Below, piece after piece: positions 9,636 to 19,026 of a stretch of 64,000 nt of DNA. Position 1 is the stretch's first letter. Each line of letters begins with the position of its first letter. The translations under genes were made by a program, and so were the position numbers. Source of the stretch: Methanobacteriota archaeon. GTDB lineage: Archaea > JAADCQ01 > Methanopyri > Methanopyrales > Methanopyraceae. The DNA is taken from contig JAMOPO010000003.1 of assembly GCA_027064425.1 (NCBI GenBank), positions 100,607-164,606 on the forward strand, written 5' to 3'. Below the pieces are notes generated by a model. That model was given only the letters and a program-made list of their open reading frames with translations. It had not been told where the DNA came from and made no database searches.

Positions 9636-11285
9636 TTGAAGGAGCACTGGGCGGAGGTGAAGGCGCGGGAGGTTGAGAAGCACCTCGAGGAGCACGGGTT
9701 AGAGGAGGTAGTCGTAGCGAGCGGCGCCTCGACCTCCGGCCGGCTGCACGTGGGCAACGCCCGGGACGTCCTCACCGCGGACGCCGTGGCCCGGGTGCTG
9801 GAGGAGCGAGGGCACGACGTTCGGGTGATCTGGGTCTCCGACGACGTGGACCCGCTGCGCAGGATCCCTCGGGACCTCCAGGACGAGCTCGACGAGGAGT
9901 ACCTCGGCGTCCCCTACAAGGCCATCCCACTCGAGGACGGCACCCCTTACTCCGACCATTGGGCCGAGCGGTTCGTCCGCGAGCTGCGCGAGTTCGGCGT
10001 CGACGTCGACTGGGTATCCTCCGCCGAGCTGTACACGGAGGAGGAGTTCGCGGAGCTGGTCCGGCAGGCCGTGCGTGACTACTACGAGAACGGACGACTC
10101 AAGTCCATCTTCCGCCGGTTCGGTCTCAAAGAGGCCCGCGTGTACATGCCCATCTGCGAGCGGTGCGGTCGCATCGCTACAACTCGGGTTAAGTCCATCG
10201 ACGGATGGGAGATCGAGTACGTCTGCGAGGGTCGTCACCGCGTGGGCGACGCCGTGCTCGAGGGCTGCGGTCACCGCGGCAGGCTCGACCTCCGGACGCC
10301 GATCGAGGTGAACGACCTCGAGGTCCCTCCGGGCAAGCTGGGCTGGAAGGTGGAGTGGCCTACCAGATGGTACTACCTTGGCGTCGCCTGCGAGCCGTTC
10401 GGTAAAGACCACTACGTGTCCGGCGGGTCCTACGAGGTCGGCTCTGAGATCGTGGAGGAGCTCTTCGACTTCCCGGCCCCGGTGCCGGTGCCGTACGAGT
10501 GGATCACGCTGGAAGGGAAGGCGATGTCCTCCTCCAAGGGGCACTACGCGACCCTGTCCGACTGGGCGGAGGTGTGCCACCGTGAGGTCCTTCGCTACTT
10601 CGTGCTCAGGAGCAAGCCGCTCAAGCACCTCGACCTCGACCTGAGGTTCGGGCTGCTCCAGCTCGTGGACGACTACGACGAGCTGGAGGCCAAGTACTTC
10701 AACGGCGAGGCGGACGAGCGGGAGCGCCGACTGTACGAGCTCACGCGCGTGGACGGCGTGCCCGAGGAGTGCCCACCGCACGTCCCGTTCCGGTTCTGCG
10801 CCGTCGTCGTTCAGGTGCTCGACATCCGAGGCGAGGTGGGCGAGGAGGAGCTAGAGCGGGCCGTCCGCGTGTTCCGCAGGACGGGGCATCTCGAGGAGGA
10901 GCCCGAGGGCTTCGGGCGTGAGTGGCTGAGGGAGCGGCTGGAGAAGGCGGCCCGGTGGGTGGACCGGTACGCGCCCGAGGAGGTCCGGTTCCGGGTGCGC
11001 GAGGAGCCGGAACCCGTGGAGCTGGACGAGGCGGAGCGCGAGTTCCTGCGGACCCTGCTGAGGCGGCTGGAGGAGGTCGAGTCCGAGGATCCGTCCGAGC
11101 TGCAGCGCGCGTTCTTCGACGCCGCCCGGGACGCCGGACTTAAGCCCGGCCGCGCCTTCCGGGCCTTCTACCGCGTAGTCATCGGGAAGGACAGGGGCCC
11201 GAGGGCCGGAACGCTCACAGCGGCCGTGGGGGTGGATCGGATTTCGGAGCTGATAAGGGGCTGCCTCGAGGCTTCCGGAGGCTAG
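9636..11285 (+). CDS. lysS: Lysyl-tRNA synthetase, class I
   Basis: SGRLHVGN (HIGH-like), KLGWKVEWP, EPFGKDH, AMSSSKG (KMSKS-like) and GPRAG. Confidence 0.97.
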   Translation: MKEHWAEVKAREVEKHLEEHGLEEVVVASGASTSGRLHVGNARDVLTADAVARVLEERGHDVRVIWVSDDVDPLRRIPRDLQDELDEEYLGVPYKAIPLEDGTPYSDHWAERFVRELREFGVDVDWVSSAELYTEEEFAELVRQAVRDYYENGRLKSIFRRFGLKEARVYMPICERCGRIATTRVKSIDGWEIEYVCEGRHRVGDAVLEGCGHRGRLDLRTPIEVNDLEVPPGKLGWKVEWPTRWYYLGVACEPFGKDHYVSGGSYEVGSEIVEELFDFPAPVPVPYEWITLEGKAMSSSKGHYATLSDWAEVCHREVLRYFVLRSKPLKHLDLDLRFGLLQLVDDYDELEAKYFNGEADERERRLYELTRVDGVPEECPPHVPFRFCAVVVQVLDIRGEVGEEELERAVRVFRRTGHLEEEPEGFGREWLRERLEKAARWVDRYAPEEVRFRVREEPEPVELDEAEREFLRTLLRRLEEVESEDPSELQRAFFDAARDAGLKPGRAFRAFYRVVIGKDRGPRAGTLTAAVGVDRISELIRGCLEASGG

Positions 11286-12367
11286 ACACGGAGAACGTCG
11301 TCCGCGGTGAGCTGCCCAAAGGCTGCCGGCTCTGCGTCAAGGGCGCCAAGCTGGTGGTCTTCATCACCGGCGAGTGCGAGCGGGGCTGCTGGTACTGTCC
11401 CGTCTCCCCAGAGCGCAAGGGCCGGGACGTGATGTACGCCAACGAGCGGCCGGTGCGCGGCGAGCGGGACCTGCTGGAGGAGGCGGAAATTATGGACGCC
11501 AAGGGGGCCAGCCTGACGGGAGGCGACATCACCCTGCGGCTCGACCGCTGCGAGGAGGTGGTAACCACCCTGAAGGGCGAGTTCGGTGAGGACTTCCACG
11601 TCCACGCGTACGTGCCGGCGGAGTCCGTGAGCCGAGAGGCGCTCGACAGGCTCTCGGAGGCTGGCCTCGACGAGCTCCGGATCCACCCGTCCTTTAACGA
11701 GGACATCAACGAGCGGGCCGCCCGGTTGGCCTCAGAGTACGACTGGGACGCTGGATTCGAGATGCCCGCGATCCCCGGTCGGGAGGACTGGATCGTGGAG
11801 GTGGCGAGGCTGTCGGAGCGGCACGGGCTGGACTTCTTGAACGTTAACGAGCTCGAGTTCACCGAGTCGAACGCCGAGGAGCTCAAGGTGCGCGGGTTCA
11901 AGCGGGTGAGCGAGGACTCCGACGCCGTGCAGGGCAGCGAGGAAACGGCGATAAGGGGTCTCGCCAGGGCCGCGAAGGAGGTCTCCATCACGCTGCATTA
12001 CTGCCCGTCCGTCGTTAAAGACTCCGTCCAGCTGCGCGAGCGGCTCAAGCGAACCGCCCTGAACGTGGCGGAGGAGCACGAGATGGTCGACGAGGACGGC
12101 CTGATCGTCCGCGGAGAGATTAGAGTGAAATCCGGCGACCCGGAGGACGTCGCCCGGGTGCTGACGGAGATCCTGGAGGTGCCGGAGGAGTGGGTGAGGG
12201 TGCGCACGGACCGGGTGGAGGTGAAGCCCGTAGTCCTGGAGGAGCTGGCCGACCTCCTGGACGACATCGCCGAGGCGGCCGGGTGCGAGCTCGAGGCCGT
12301 GATCGTTCGGGAGTACCCGACGTGGGACCGGACCGTGGTGGAGGTGTGGCCGGTTGGGGGTGAGTGA
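11261..12367 (+). CDS. Radical SAM protein (COG2108-like)
   Basis: GELPKGCRLCVKGAKLVVFITGECERGCWYCPVS. The conserved N-terminus precedes the ORF-track start (11354), so CTG 11261 is proposed. Confidence 0.85.
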   Translation: MPRGFRRLDTENVVRGELPKGCRLCVKGAKLVVFITGECERGCWYCPVSPERKGRDVMYANERPVRGERDLLEEAEIMDAKGASLTGGDITLRLDRCEEVVTTLKGEFGEDFHVHAYVPAESVSREALDRLSEAGLDELRIHPSFNEDINERAARLASEYDWDAGFEMPAIPGREDWIVEVARLSERHGLDFLNVNELEFTESNAEELKVRGFKRVSEDSDAVQGSEETAIRGLARAAKEVSITLHYCPSVVKDSVQLRERLKRTALNVAEEHEMVDEDGLIVRGEIRVKSGDPEDVARVLTEILEVPEEWVRVRTDRVEVKPVVLEELADLLDDIAEAAGCELEAVIVREYPTWDRTVVEVWPVGGE

Positions 12368-12877
12368 GTGACCCGGAGGAGGGGGAGGATCTCGGCCCGG
12401 ACGCTGCGGCACGTCGGCCGGGTCTGGCGGGTGGCGATGTACGCCGGCTCCGTCCTGACGATCCTGCTGATCGCCCTCCTCACCGTGACGTCCATCAGCC
12501 AGTACAGCTACGAGGCCCAGGTCCTGCTGTTCGGTAACTACGCGGACCAGCTGAAGCACATCAACGCGGAGTACGAGCGGCTGAGAGTGGAGTTCATGAA
12601 GACCAACGAGAGACTTCGGACGCTGCGAGAGATGTACCCGATCCCGGGCCCGGAGCTGCACCGCGTCGAGAAGATCAGGGCTAAGGCGTCGCTGGAGCTC
12701 GCCTCCCTAAACGAGAAGCGCAAGGATGCGGAGTTCGCGGTGTACGTCATGCACGACCCGGCAACGTCGGACGTCAAGATCGGCGAGTGCCTGGCGGAGC
12801 TAAGGAGGGCCAGGATGGCCGTCAGGGCCTTCGCTAGGGCGGTCAACGAGCTTGAGAACAAGTACGCACGCGGCTGA
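12368..12877 (+). CDS. Uncharacterised membrane-anchored coiled-coil protein
   Basis: Basic N-terminus, one TM helix, then heptad-rich helices. Abuts the flanking genes. Confidence 0.65.
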   Translation: MTRRRGRISARTLRHVGRVWRVAMYAGSVLTILLIALLTVTSISQYSYEAQVLLFGNYADQLKHINAEYERLRVEFMKTNERLRTLREMYPIPGPELHRVEKIRAKASLELASLNEKRKDAEFAVYVMHDPATSDVKIGECLAELRRARMAVRAFARAVNELENKYARG

Positions 12878-14174
12878 CCGAGCGGAGGTCGAGCTGGGAG
12901 CCATCCACGAACGGCTCGACGTGAGGTTGGAGGACAGGCGCCTCAAGTTCACCCTGTACGACCTGATCGAGTTCGAGGTCGACCCCTCGGAGCTCGCCCG
13001 GATGGTCTCCGCCCTGCTCTCCCGGATCGAGCGGCGGCACGTACCGGCCAGCGTCGACGGGACCCGGGTCGCGGCATCCACCGACCGGAGAACCCTCAAG
13101 GAGGTCCTCCAGCAGCTGATCTCACGGCTCGCCGGGGAGGCCGGGACCCACGCTCACACCCGCCGCCGCCTGATTTACATTTCGGAATCCTCCGGCATCC
13201 CCCTCATCGGTCACTCCGCCTTCGGCATCATCGATCGGGGTACCAACGTGCTTCAGGTCCGCCCCATCACCGGGTGCAACCTCTGCTGCATCTACTGCAG
13301 CGTGGACGAGGGGTGGGTGTCGCGCACCCGCTGGCGGGACTTCATGGTGGACCCGGACTACCTGCTGGACTGGTTCCGGGAGATCGCCGACTTCAAGGGG
13401 GAAGGGGTCGAGGCCCACATCGACGGACAGGGCGAGCCGACCCTGTACCCGTTCCTACCAGATCTAGTGCAAGGGTTGAAGGAGCATCCCAACGTCGACG
13501 TCGTCTCCATGCAAACCAACGCCGTCCCGCTGGACGAGGACTACGTCGACGAGCTCGTCGAGGCGGGCTTGGACCGGTTTAACGTCAGCATCAACAGCCT
13601 GGACCCGAAGAAGGCGCGCGCGATGGCCGGCTCGAAGGACTACGACGTCCGGCACGTGATGCGAATCGCCGAGTACATCGCCAAGGAGACCCGCGCGGAC
13701 GTGCTCCTGGCGCCCCTGTGGCTGCCCGGGTACAACGACGAGGACATCGTGGAGATCATCGAGTTCGCGGTCGAGATCGGGGCGGGCGAGCGGTGGCCAC
13801 CGCTCGGGATCCAGAACTACCTGGAGTACCGGTTCGGTCGGAGGCCCAAGTTCTTGCGCAGGGTCGTCCCGATGAAGGAGTTTTACCGGTGGCTTCGAGA
13901 GCTCGAGCGTAAGACGGGGGTCAGACCGCTGGTGCTGAAACCCGAGCACTTCGGTACGGAACCGCGGAAGTCCCTCCCCAAGCCCTTCCGCCGCGGCGAC
14001 AGGGTTCAGGCGGAGGTCGTGTCGGAGGGGCGCATTCGAGGCGAGATGATCGCCCGGGCCTCGGACCGCGTGATCGCGGTCCCGGACTCCGCCAAGAAAT
14101 TAAGCGTGGGTGACGTCGTGGAGCTGCGGATAACTCGGGATAAGCACAACATCTTCGTGGGGGAGCTCGCGTAG
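12852..14174 (+). CDS. Radical SAM protein with C-terminal TRAM-like domain (COG2100-like)
   Basis: IPLIGH.AFGIIDRGTN, GCNLCCIYCSVDEG, EAHIDGQGEP and ITRDKHNIF. Confidence 0.88.
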   Translation: MRTSTHAADRAEVELGAIHERLDVRLEDRRLKFTLYDLIEFEVDPSELARMVSALLSRIERRHVPASVDGTRVAASTDRRTLKEVLQQLISRLAGEAGTHAHTRRRLIYISESSGIPLIGHSAFGIIDRGTNVLQVRPITGCNLCCIYCSVDEGWVSRTRWRDFMVDPDYLLDWFREIADFKGEGVEAHIDGQGEPTLYPFLPDLVQGLKEHPNVDVVSMQTNAVPLDEDYVDELVEAGLDRFNVSINSLDPKKARAMAGSKDYDVRHVMRIAEYIAKETRADVLLAPLWLPGYNDEDIVEIIEFAVEIGAGERWPPLGIQNYLEYRFGRRPKFLRRVVPMKEFYRWLRELERKTGVRPLVLKPEHFGTEPRKSLPKPFRRGDRVQAEVVSEGRIRGEMIARASDRVIAVPDSAKKLSVGDVVELRITRDKHNIFVGELA

Positions 14175-14186
14175 GGGGGCGCTCGC

Positions 14187-14666
14187 ATGGCTGAGGAGAC
14201 CGAGGAGAAGTCCTCGGAGGAGAAGGGAGAGGAGGACATCCCGGACTGGTGGGAGAAGGAGTGGGCGGAGTTCCGGTACCGCGGTTACACGCTGGACGAG
14301 CTGATGAAGATGCCGCTGGAGGAGTTCATCGAGCTCCTACCGGCGCGCCAGCGTCGCTCGCTGAAGCGTGGATTGCCGTCCAGGCACAAGAAGCTGCTGC
14401 AGAAGGTCCGGCGGGCCCGGAGGCTCCTGCGGCGCGGTAAGAAGCCGCCGGTGATCCGGACGCACTGTCGGGACATGATCATCCTGCCGGAGATGGTCGG
14501 ACTGACCATCGCCGTGTACAACGGTAAGGAGTTCAAGGAGGTCAAGATCGAGCCGGAGATGATCGGGCACTACCTCGGCGAGTTCTCGAAGACCAGGAAG
14601 AAGGTCGAGCACGGCGACCCGGGCATCGGCGCCACGCGGAGCTCACTCTTCGTACCGCTCAAGTGA
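14187..14666 (+). CDS. rps19: 30S ribosomal protein S19 (uS19)
   Basis: [34 protein letters not shown] and [12 protein letters not shown]. Confidence 0.97.
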   Translation: MAEETEEKSSEEKGEEDIPDWWEKEWAEFRYRGYTLDELMKMPLEEFIELLPARQRRSLKRGLPSRHKKLLQKVRRARRLLRRGKKPPVIRTHCRDMIILPEMVGLTIAVYNGKEFKEVKIEPEMIGHYLGEFSKTRKKVEHGDPGIGATRSSLFVPLK

Positions 14667-15317
14667 GGCCGCTGGGAACCGGAGCCGGACCCCGTACAGG
14701 GACACCCGGCCGCCGAGCTCCTGCACACGGCGTATCAGATTGAGCTCCATCCAGTCGTCGCGGACGCACAGCCACCGCTCCAGCAGTCCATCGTACCCGG
14801 TGACCGCCCTGGCCTTCCCCACTCGAACGTCCTCCTCGCCCCTCAGCAGCCCCTTCAGCTCGTCTCCCACGCGGTTGACTGCCTTTTTCACGCTCCAGTC
14901 GTTGTCCAGATCGTACTCCCGGAGGTAGTACAGCGCGATTTTAAGTGGCTCCAGCGCCGAGCCGCCGCGCCACTTGATGGTCCGCTCCACGGAAGCCTCG
15001 GCGGTAACGGTCACCTCCTCCGCGTCCAGCTCCCGGGACTCCATCTCGCACTTTTCGAACTGGACCGCGATCACGGTCAAGAACTTTGAGTCTCCCAGCC
15101 GGCGCGCCCGGAGCCCGAACGTGTACCTGGCGTCATCGACGGGCCCGTCCACGAGCGAGTTCGTGGGCACGTCCTCGTCCCGGCGCGTCCAGAGCGTTAA
15201 CGAGCACTCCACCTCGGAGTACTCCCGGGCGGGCGAGTGTGCGACCATCTCGGTCAGCGTCTCGTAAACGCTGACAACCTGGCCCTTGTCGAGCTCCAGA
15301 GCGTGACGCCGCGCCAG
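14643..15317 (-). CDS. Uncharacterised protein
   Basis: Open frame with protein-like composition. CTG 15317 follows a GGGAG SD; the ORF-track start (15440) overlaps the divergent gene. Confidence 0.6.
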   Translation of the reverse strand: MARRHALELDKGQVVSVYETLTEMVAHSPAREYSEVECSLTLWTRRDEDVPTNSLVDGPVDDARYTFGLRARRLGDSKFLTVIAVQFEKCEMESRELDAEEVTVTAEASVERTIKWRGGSALEPLKIALYYLREYDLDNDWSVKKAVNRVGDELKGLLRGEEDVRVGKARAVTGYDGLLERWLCVRDDWMELNLIRRVQELGGRVSLYGVRLRFPAASLERYEE

Positions 15318-15369
15318 CTTCGCTCCCGTTTTATGGACCGTGATCACCACCCCCTGGGGAGGTCGGCTG

Positions 15370-16824
15370 TTGAGCCTCGACGTGCTCTTGGTGAACCCGC
15401 CGGATGTCACGACTAAGTACGAGCGCTTCCTGGGGATCACGGCACCGCCCCTGGGGATGGCCTACATAGCGGCCGTGCTGGAGGAGGCAGGGTACAGCGT
15501 TCGCATCCTGGACTGCCCGCCGCTGGAGATGAGCTGGGAGGAGTTCCGCAGGACCGTCCGGCGGCTGAAGCCTAAGATCGTATCCATAATGGCGACGACC
15601 CCGATCATCAGCCAGGCCTACAAGGCCGCCAAGATCGTGAAAGAGGAGCTCGAGGACGCCATCGTGTGCCTCGGCGGTTACCACCCCACGTTCATGGACG
15701 TGGAGTGCCTCCGGGAGTGCGAGCACGTTGACATCGTTGTTCGCCGGGAGGGAGAGTTCACCCTGCTCGACCTCGTCCGGGCCTTCATCGACGGGGTGAA
15801 GTCGCTCTCGGACATCCTCGGCATCACGTACCGGAGGGAGGACGACATCGTCCGGAACCCGGATCGGCCACTGATCCAGGACCTGGACGCGCTGCCGCTC
15901 CCGGCTCGGCACCTGCTTCCGATGGACCGGTACACGTTCTTCGGGACCAGGACGAGCGCGACCACCGTGATCACCAGCCGAGGGTGCCCCGTCGGCTGCG
16001 ACTTCTGCGCCTCGTCCCAGATGCATGGCCGGAAGCTCCGCATGCACTCCGCCGAGCGCGTCGTATCGGAGGTGGCGCACGTCCACGAGCGCTACGGCTC
16101 GGACATCATCGCCTTCGTCGACGACACCTTCACCTACGACCGGCGCCGGGTGGAGAAGATCTGCCGGCTGATGATCGAGGCCGGACTCGACGTAACCTGG
16201 GGTTGCGCCGCCCGCGTGGACACCATCGACCGGGAGCTGCTCGAGCTGATGCGGGAGGCCGGCTGCTCCGTCCTGTTCTTCGGCGTGGAGTCCGGCTCCC
16301 AGGAGATCCTGGACAACGTGGGGAAGGGATTCACCGTCCGGCAGACGAAGCGGGCGTTCAAGCTCTGCCGGGAGATGGGCATCCGGACGGTCGCGTCCGC
16401 CGTCATCGGCCTGCCGGGCGAGACCCACGAGACCGCCCGGGCCACGATCAAGCTGCTGAAGGAGCTCGACCCGGACTACGCCGTGGTCTCCGTCGCCACC
16501 CCGTACCCCGGCACCAGGTTCTTCCAAGAAGTCATCGAGGAGGAGCTTCTGGTCGAGGAGGACTGGGACAAGTTCACCCTGATGGAGCCGGTGGCGGCCA
16601 CCACCGAGCTCTCCCCGGAGGAGATCAAGCGGTACCAGCGTCGCGCCATGCTGGAGTTCTACCTGCGACCCCGCTACCTGCTCCGGCGCATCAAGGAGGA
16701 TGGTCTGGACGCCATCCGCGTCGCCGGCACCATGATGGCCGAGGTGACGTTCAAGAAGCTGAAAGCCCTGATCTCGCGCCTCCCCAGCCCTAGGTTCTCA
16801 CACCGTGAGGACTCGGACGAGTGA
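15370..16824 (+). CDS. B12-binding-domain radical SAM protein (class B type)
   Basis: PPLGMAYIAAVL, GGYHPT, REGE, TSRGCPVGCDFC, FVDDTF, GVESG and ATPYPGT. TTG start after a GGAGG SD. Confidence 0.92.
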   Translation: MSLDVLLVNPPDVTTKYERFLGITAPPLGMAYIAAVLEEAGYSVRILDCPPLEMSWEEFRRTVRRLKPKIVSIMATTPIISQAYKAAKIVKEELEDAIVCLGGYHPTFMDVECLRECEHVDIVVRREGEFTLLDLVRAFIDGVKSLSDILGITYRREDDIVRNPDRPLIQDLDALPLPARHLLPMDRYTFFGTRTSATTVITSRGCPVGCDFCASSQMHGRKLRMHSAERVVSEVAHVHERYGSDIIAFVDDTFTYDRRRVEKICRLMIEAGLDVTWGCAARVDTIDRELLELMREAGCSVLFFGVESGSQEILDNVGKGFTVRQTKRAFKLCREMGIRTVASAVIGLPGETHETARATIKLLKELDPDYAVVSVATPYPGTRFFQEVIEEELLVEEDWDKFTLMEPVAATTELSPEEIKRYQRRAMLEFYLRPRYLLRRIKEDGLDAIRVAGTMMAEVTFKKLKALISRLPSPRFSHREDSDE

Positions 16825-17773
16825 CGTACGCCCGGTACCCCATCGCGTCGATCAAGGCCGCCGCCGTCTCAGCCCGCGACTCGTCATCGAACAGGCCGAT
16901 CGCGCACCCACCTCCACCGGCTCCAGTCACCTTGGCACCCAGCGCCCCCGCCCGCCGAAGCGCGTGCACGATCTCGTCCAGCTCCCGAGTCGAGACGCCC
17001 AGCGCGGAGAGAAGGCCGTGGTTCACGTCCAGCAGCTCACCGAGCCTCCTCAGGTCTCCGGACTCCAAGGCCCCCTCCACCTTGAGAACCAAGTCACCGA
17101 TGGCCTCCATCACCCGCTCTCCGACCGACCCCACCGAGTCCAGCAGCTCGGCGACCCGGTCGACCATCTCCCCGGTCCTCGACGGCCGGCCCGAGTACGC
17201 GATCACCAGGACCAGGTCCTCCGGGCAGTCCAGTCGCCTGAACTCGCGCCCCGTGATCGAGAGCACGCCACCGTAGGTAACGGTCGTCGGGTCGACCCAG
17301 CTGGCCCTGCCCTGCACGTCCAGCTCAACCCGCCGGACGAGCTCGCGCAGCCGGTCCCGGCTCAGCTCTTCCCCCGAGAGGCTCGCCAGGGCGGCGATGA
17401 CCCCGGCGCTCACCGCGGCCGACGTCCCCAGCCCGCTGGCCGGGGGCGCCTCGCCCCTAATCCTCACCTCCGCCGGCGGGGGCGAGAACTCCTCCGTGCA
17501 CAGCCCGATGGCCGACGCCACGTAGCTGAGCTCCCTGCCCAGCCCCGGGGAGGACACCCGCCGAACGTCTCCGGACGGCGTCACCGTGGCTCGCACCTCT
17601 CCCAGCGCCTGCTCGCCCAGCTCGGTCCGGACCGAAAACGCGTCTCCGTCGGACTCCTCGGCCTCCACCTCCACGTACAGCTCGACCGCGGCCGATATGG
17701 CGGGGTGCCCGTACACCGCCGCGTGCTCTCCCGAGAGGATAACCTTCAATGGAACCCTGACGTGGGCACCCAA
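16790..17773 (-). CDS. mvk: Mevalonate kinase
   Basis: PLKVILSGEHAAVYG, PPASGLGTSAA, ASWVD and GAKVTGAGGGGC (GHMP). TTG start at 17773. Confidence 0.92.
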   Translation of the reverse strand: MGAHVRVPLKVILSGEHAAVYGHPAISAAVELYVEVEAEESDGDAFSVRTELGEQALGEVRATVTPSGDVRRVSSPGLGRELSYVASAIGLCTEEFSPPPAEVRIRGEAPPASGLGTSAAVSAGVIAALASLSGEELSRDRLRELVRRVELDVQGRASWVDPTTVTYGGVLSITGREFRRLDCPEDLVLVIAYSGRPSRTGEMVDRVAELLDSVGSVGERVMEAIGDLVLKVEGALESGDLRRLGELLDVNHGLLSALGVSTRELDEIVHALRRAGALGAKVTGAGGGGCAIGLFDDESRAETAAALIDAMGYRAYVTRPSPHGVRT

Positions 17774-17824
17774 CGGGCCCCACCCCTGAGCCCGCCGAGC
17801 GGCCTCGACCCCGGGTGATACGCC

Positions 17825-18655
17825 TTGCGGATCCCCCGAACGCTGGAACCCGTGGTTAGCGACGAGTTCGTCGAGAGCCTCGACGACCTGGTCGCCCGCA
17901 TCAACGAGGCGGAGCTGAGCTCCGGCCTCATCCGGATCACCAAGCGGGTCGAGCGCGACCTGTACGACGCCATCATCCTCGTCCTGAACGGCGCGGTGGC
18001 GCACCTGCAGGTGGAGAACGTGACCTCCAGGGAGCGCTGGGAGGGGGAGGAGGCGCTGGACGTCCTCCGAGAGATCCTGGCGGACATCAGCCCCGAGGAC
18101 CCCGCCGTCCTGGATATTTACCGCGGGCCGGGCCGAGAGGTCGAGTCCTTCGCCCGATACCAGCTGGGCGTGGAGGAGCTCGGCGAGTACGACCTGGCGT
18201 CGGTTATCATGGAGGCCTACGAGGAGGCGGGTGCCGCCGAGGGGGAGGAGAAGGTCGTAGAGTTCAGCGAGGAGGCGGAGGAGAAGCCGGAGGCCGAGGC
18301 CGGCGCTGAGGTCGAGGCTGAGGTTGAGGAGGGGGTCGAGAAGGAGAAGGAGAAGGAGGAGGTCGAGGAGCTGTCCCGAGAGGAGCTGCTCGAGAAGTAC
18401 GGGATTAAGGAGCCCGACGAGTCCTTCGTCGAGTCGGTGCTGGAGGACATGACCGGGCCCTCCGAGGACCTTCACAAGCAGGTCGAGCGGGTGCTGCGAG
18501 GATACGGTATCACCATCTTCCAGCTGTCCGGGGTCGTCCTCGTGGACCCCCGCAGCGAGGAGGACGTCAAGCACATCGAGGAGGCTGTCGAGGACATGAA
18601 GGAGGACCTCGGACTCAACGAGATCTCCGTCCGGATCCGCGGGAAAAACATTTAA
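17825..18655 (+). CDS. DUF2226-family archaeal protein
   Basis: MRIP N-terminus, acidic linker, SREELLEKYGIKEPDE motif. GGGGTGAT SD. Confidence 0.7.
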   Translation: MRIPRTLEPVVSDEFVESLDDLVARINEAELSSGLIRITKRVERDLYDAIILVLNGAVAHLQVENVTSRERWEGEEALDVLREILADISPEDPAVLDIYRGPGREVESFARYQLGVEELGEYDLASVIMEAYEEAGAAEGEEKVVEFSEEAEEKPEAEAGAEVEAEVEEGVEKEKEKEEVEELSREELLEKYGIKEPDESFVESVLEDMTGPSEDLHKQVERVLRGYGITIFQLSGVVLVDPRSEEDVKHIEEAVEDMKEDLGLNEISVRIRGKNI

Positions 18656-18657
18656 CC
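18641..18657 (+). promoter_or_regulatory. BRE/TATA-like promoter of tRNA-Arg
   Basis: GGGAAAAACATTTAACC about 30 nt upstream of the tRNA, overlapping the upstream stop codon. Confidence 0.6.
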
Positions 18658-18686
18658 GCCCCCGACCGGAGGTGACACGGAGCGTC

Positions 18687-18764
18687 GGGCCGGCAGCTCA
18701 GTCTGGACAGAGCGCGGGCCTTCGGAGCCCGTGGTCCCGGGTTCAAATCCCGGCCGGCCCACCA
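18687..18764 (+). tRNA. tRNA-Arg (anticodon TCG), genomic C8, encoded CCA
   Basis: Acceptor GGGCCGG/CCGGCCC, D arm GCTC/GAGC, anticodon arm CGGGC-CT-TCG-GA-GCCCG, T loop TTCAAAT, then ACCA. Position 8 (18694) is C. Confidence 0.97.
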
Positions 18765-18772
18765 GCCCGAAT

Positions 18773-18791
18773 CGTTACGAAGTCCGTAACG
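18773..18791. repeat. 19-bp palindrome CGTTACG-N5-CGTAACG
   Basis: CGTTACG-AAGTC-CGTAACG, 8 nt after the tRNA CCA. Confidence 0.85.
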
Positions 18792-18810
18792 AATCTTGGG
18801 GCGTCCCGCG

Positions 18811-19026
18811 TTGGACGAGCTCCGCGACCGGCTACAGGCCGGTCCGTTCGAGGTCGTGGCGGCCAAGCTGGAGGAGGTACTTCAGCGGCTCGACCGACTC
18901 GAGTCCAAGCTCGATGAGCTGCTGGCCCGGGTGGAACGTTTAGAGCGGGAGCTGGGAGAGGAGGCCGGGGAGGGCGATGAGCGTACCGGAGAGCATCGCG
19001 GTGATCGGGCTGGGAGTGGAGGGTAG
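18811..19026 (+). CDS. Small coiled-coil protein (putative)
   Basis: Regular Leu heptads (KLEEVLQRLDRLESKLDELLARVERLE) with host-like codons. The 3' end overlaps the Mur ligase start by 50 nt. Confidence 0.5.
   Translation: MDELRDRLQAGPFEVVAAKLEEVLQRLDRLESKLDELLARVERLERELGEEAGEGDERTGEHRGDRAGSGG

Noticed and set aside
14187-14666. rps19 outside the S10 ribosomal cluster
   Set aside because: Consistent with general operon fragmentation in this lineage and not evidence of a new system.
17774-18574. Apparent 267-aa N-terminal extension of mevalonate kinase
   Set aside because: It is the antisense shadow of the DUF2226 gene. Mvk has its own SD and TTG at 17773.
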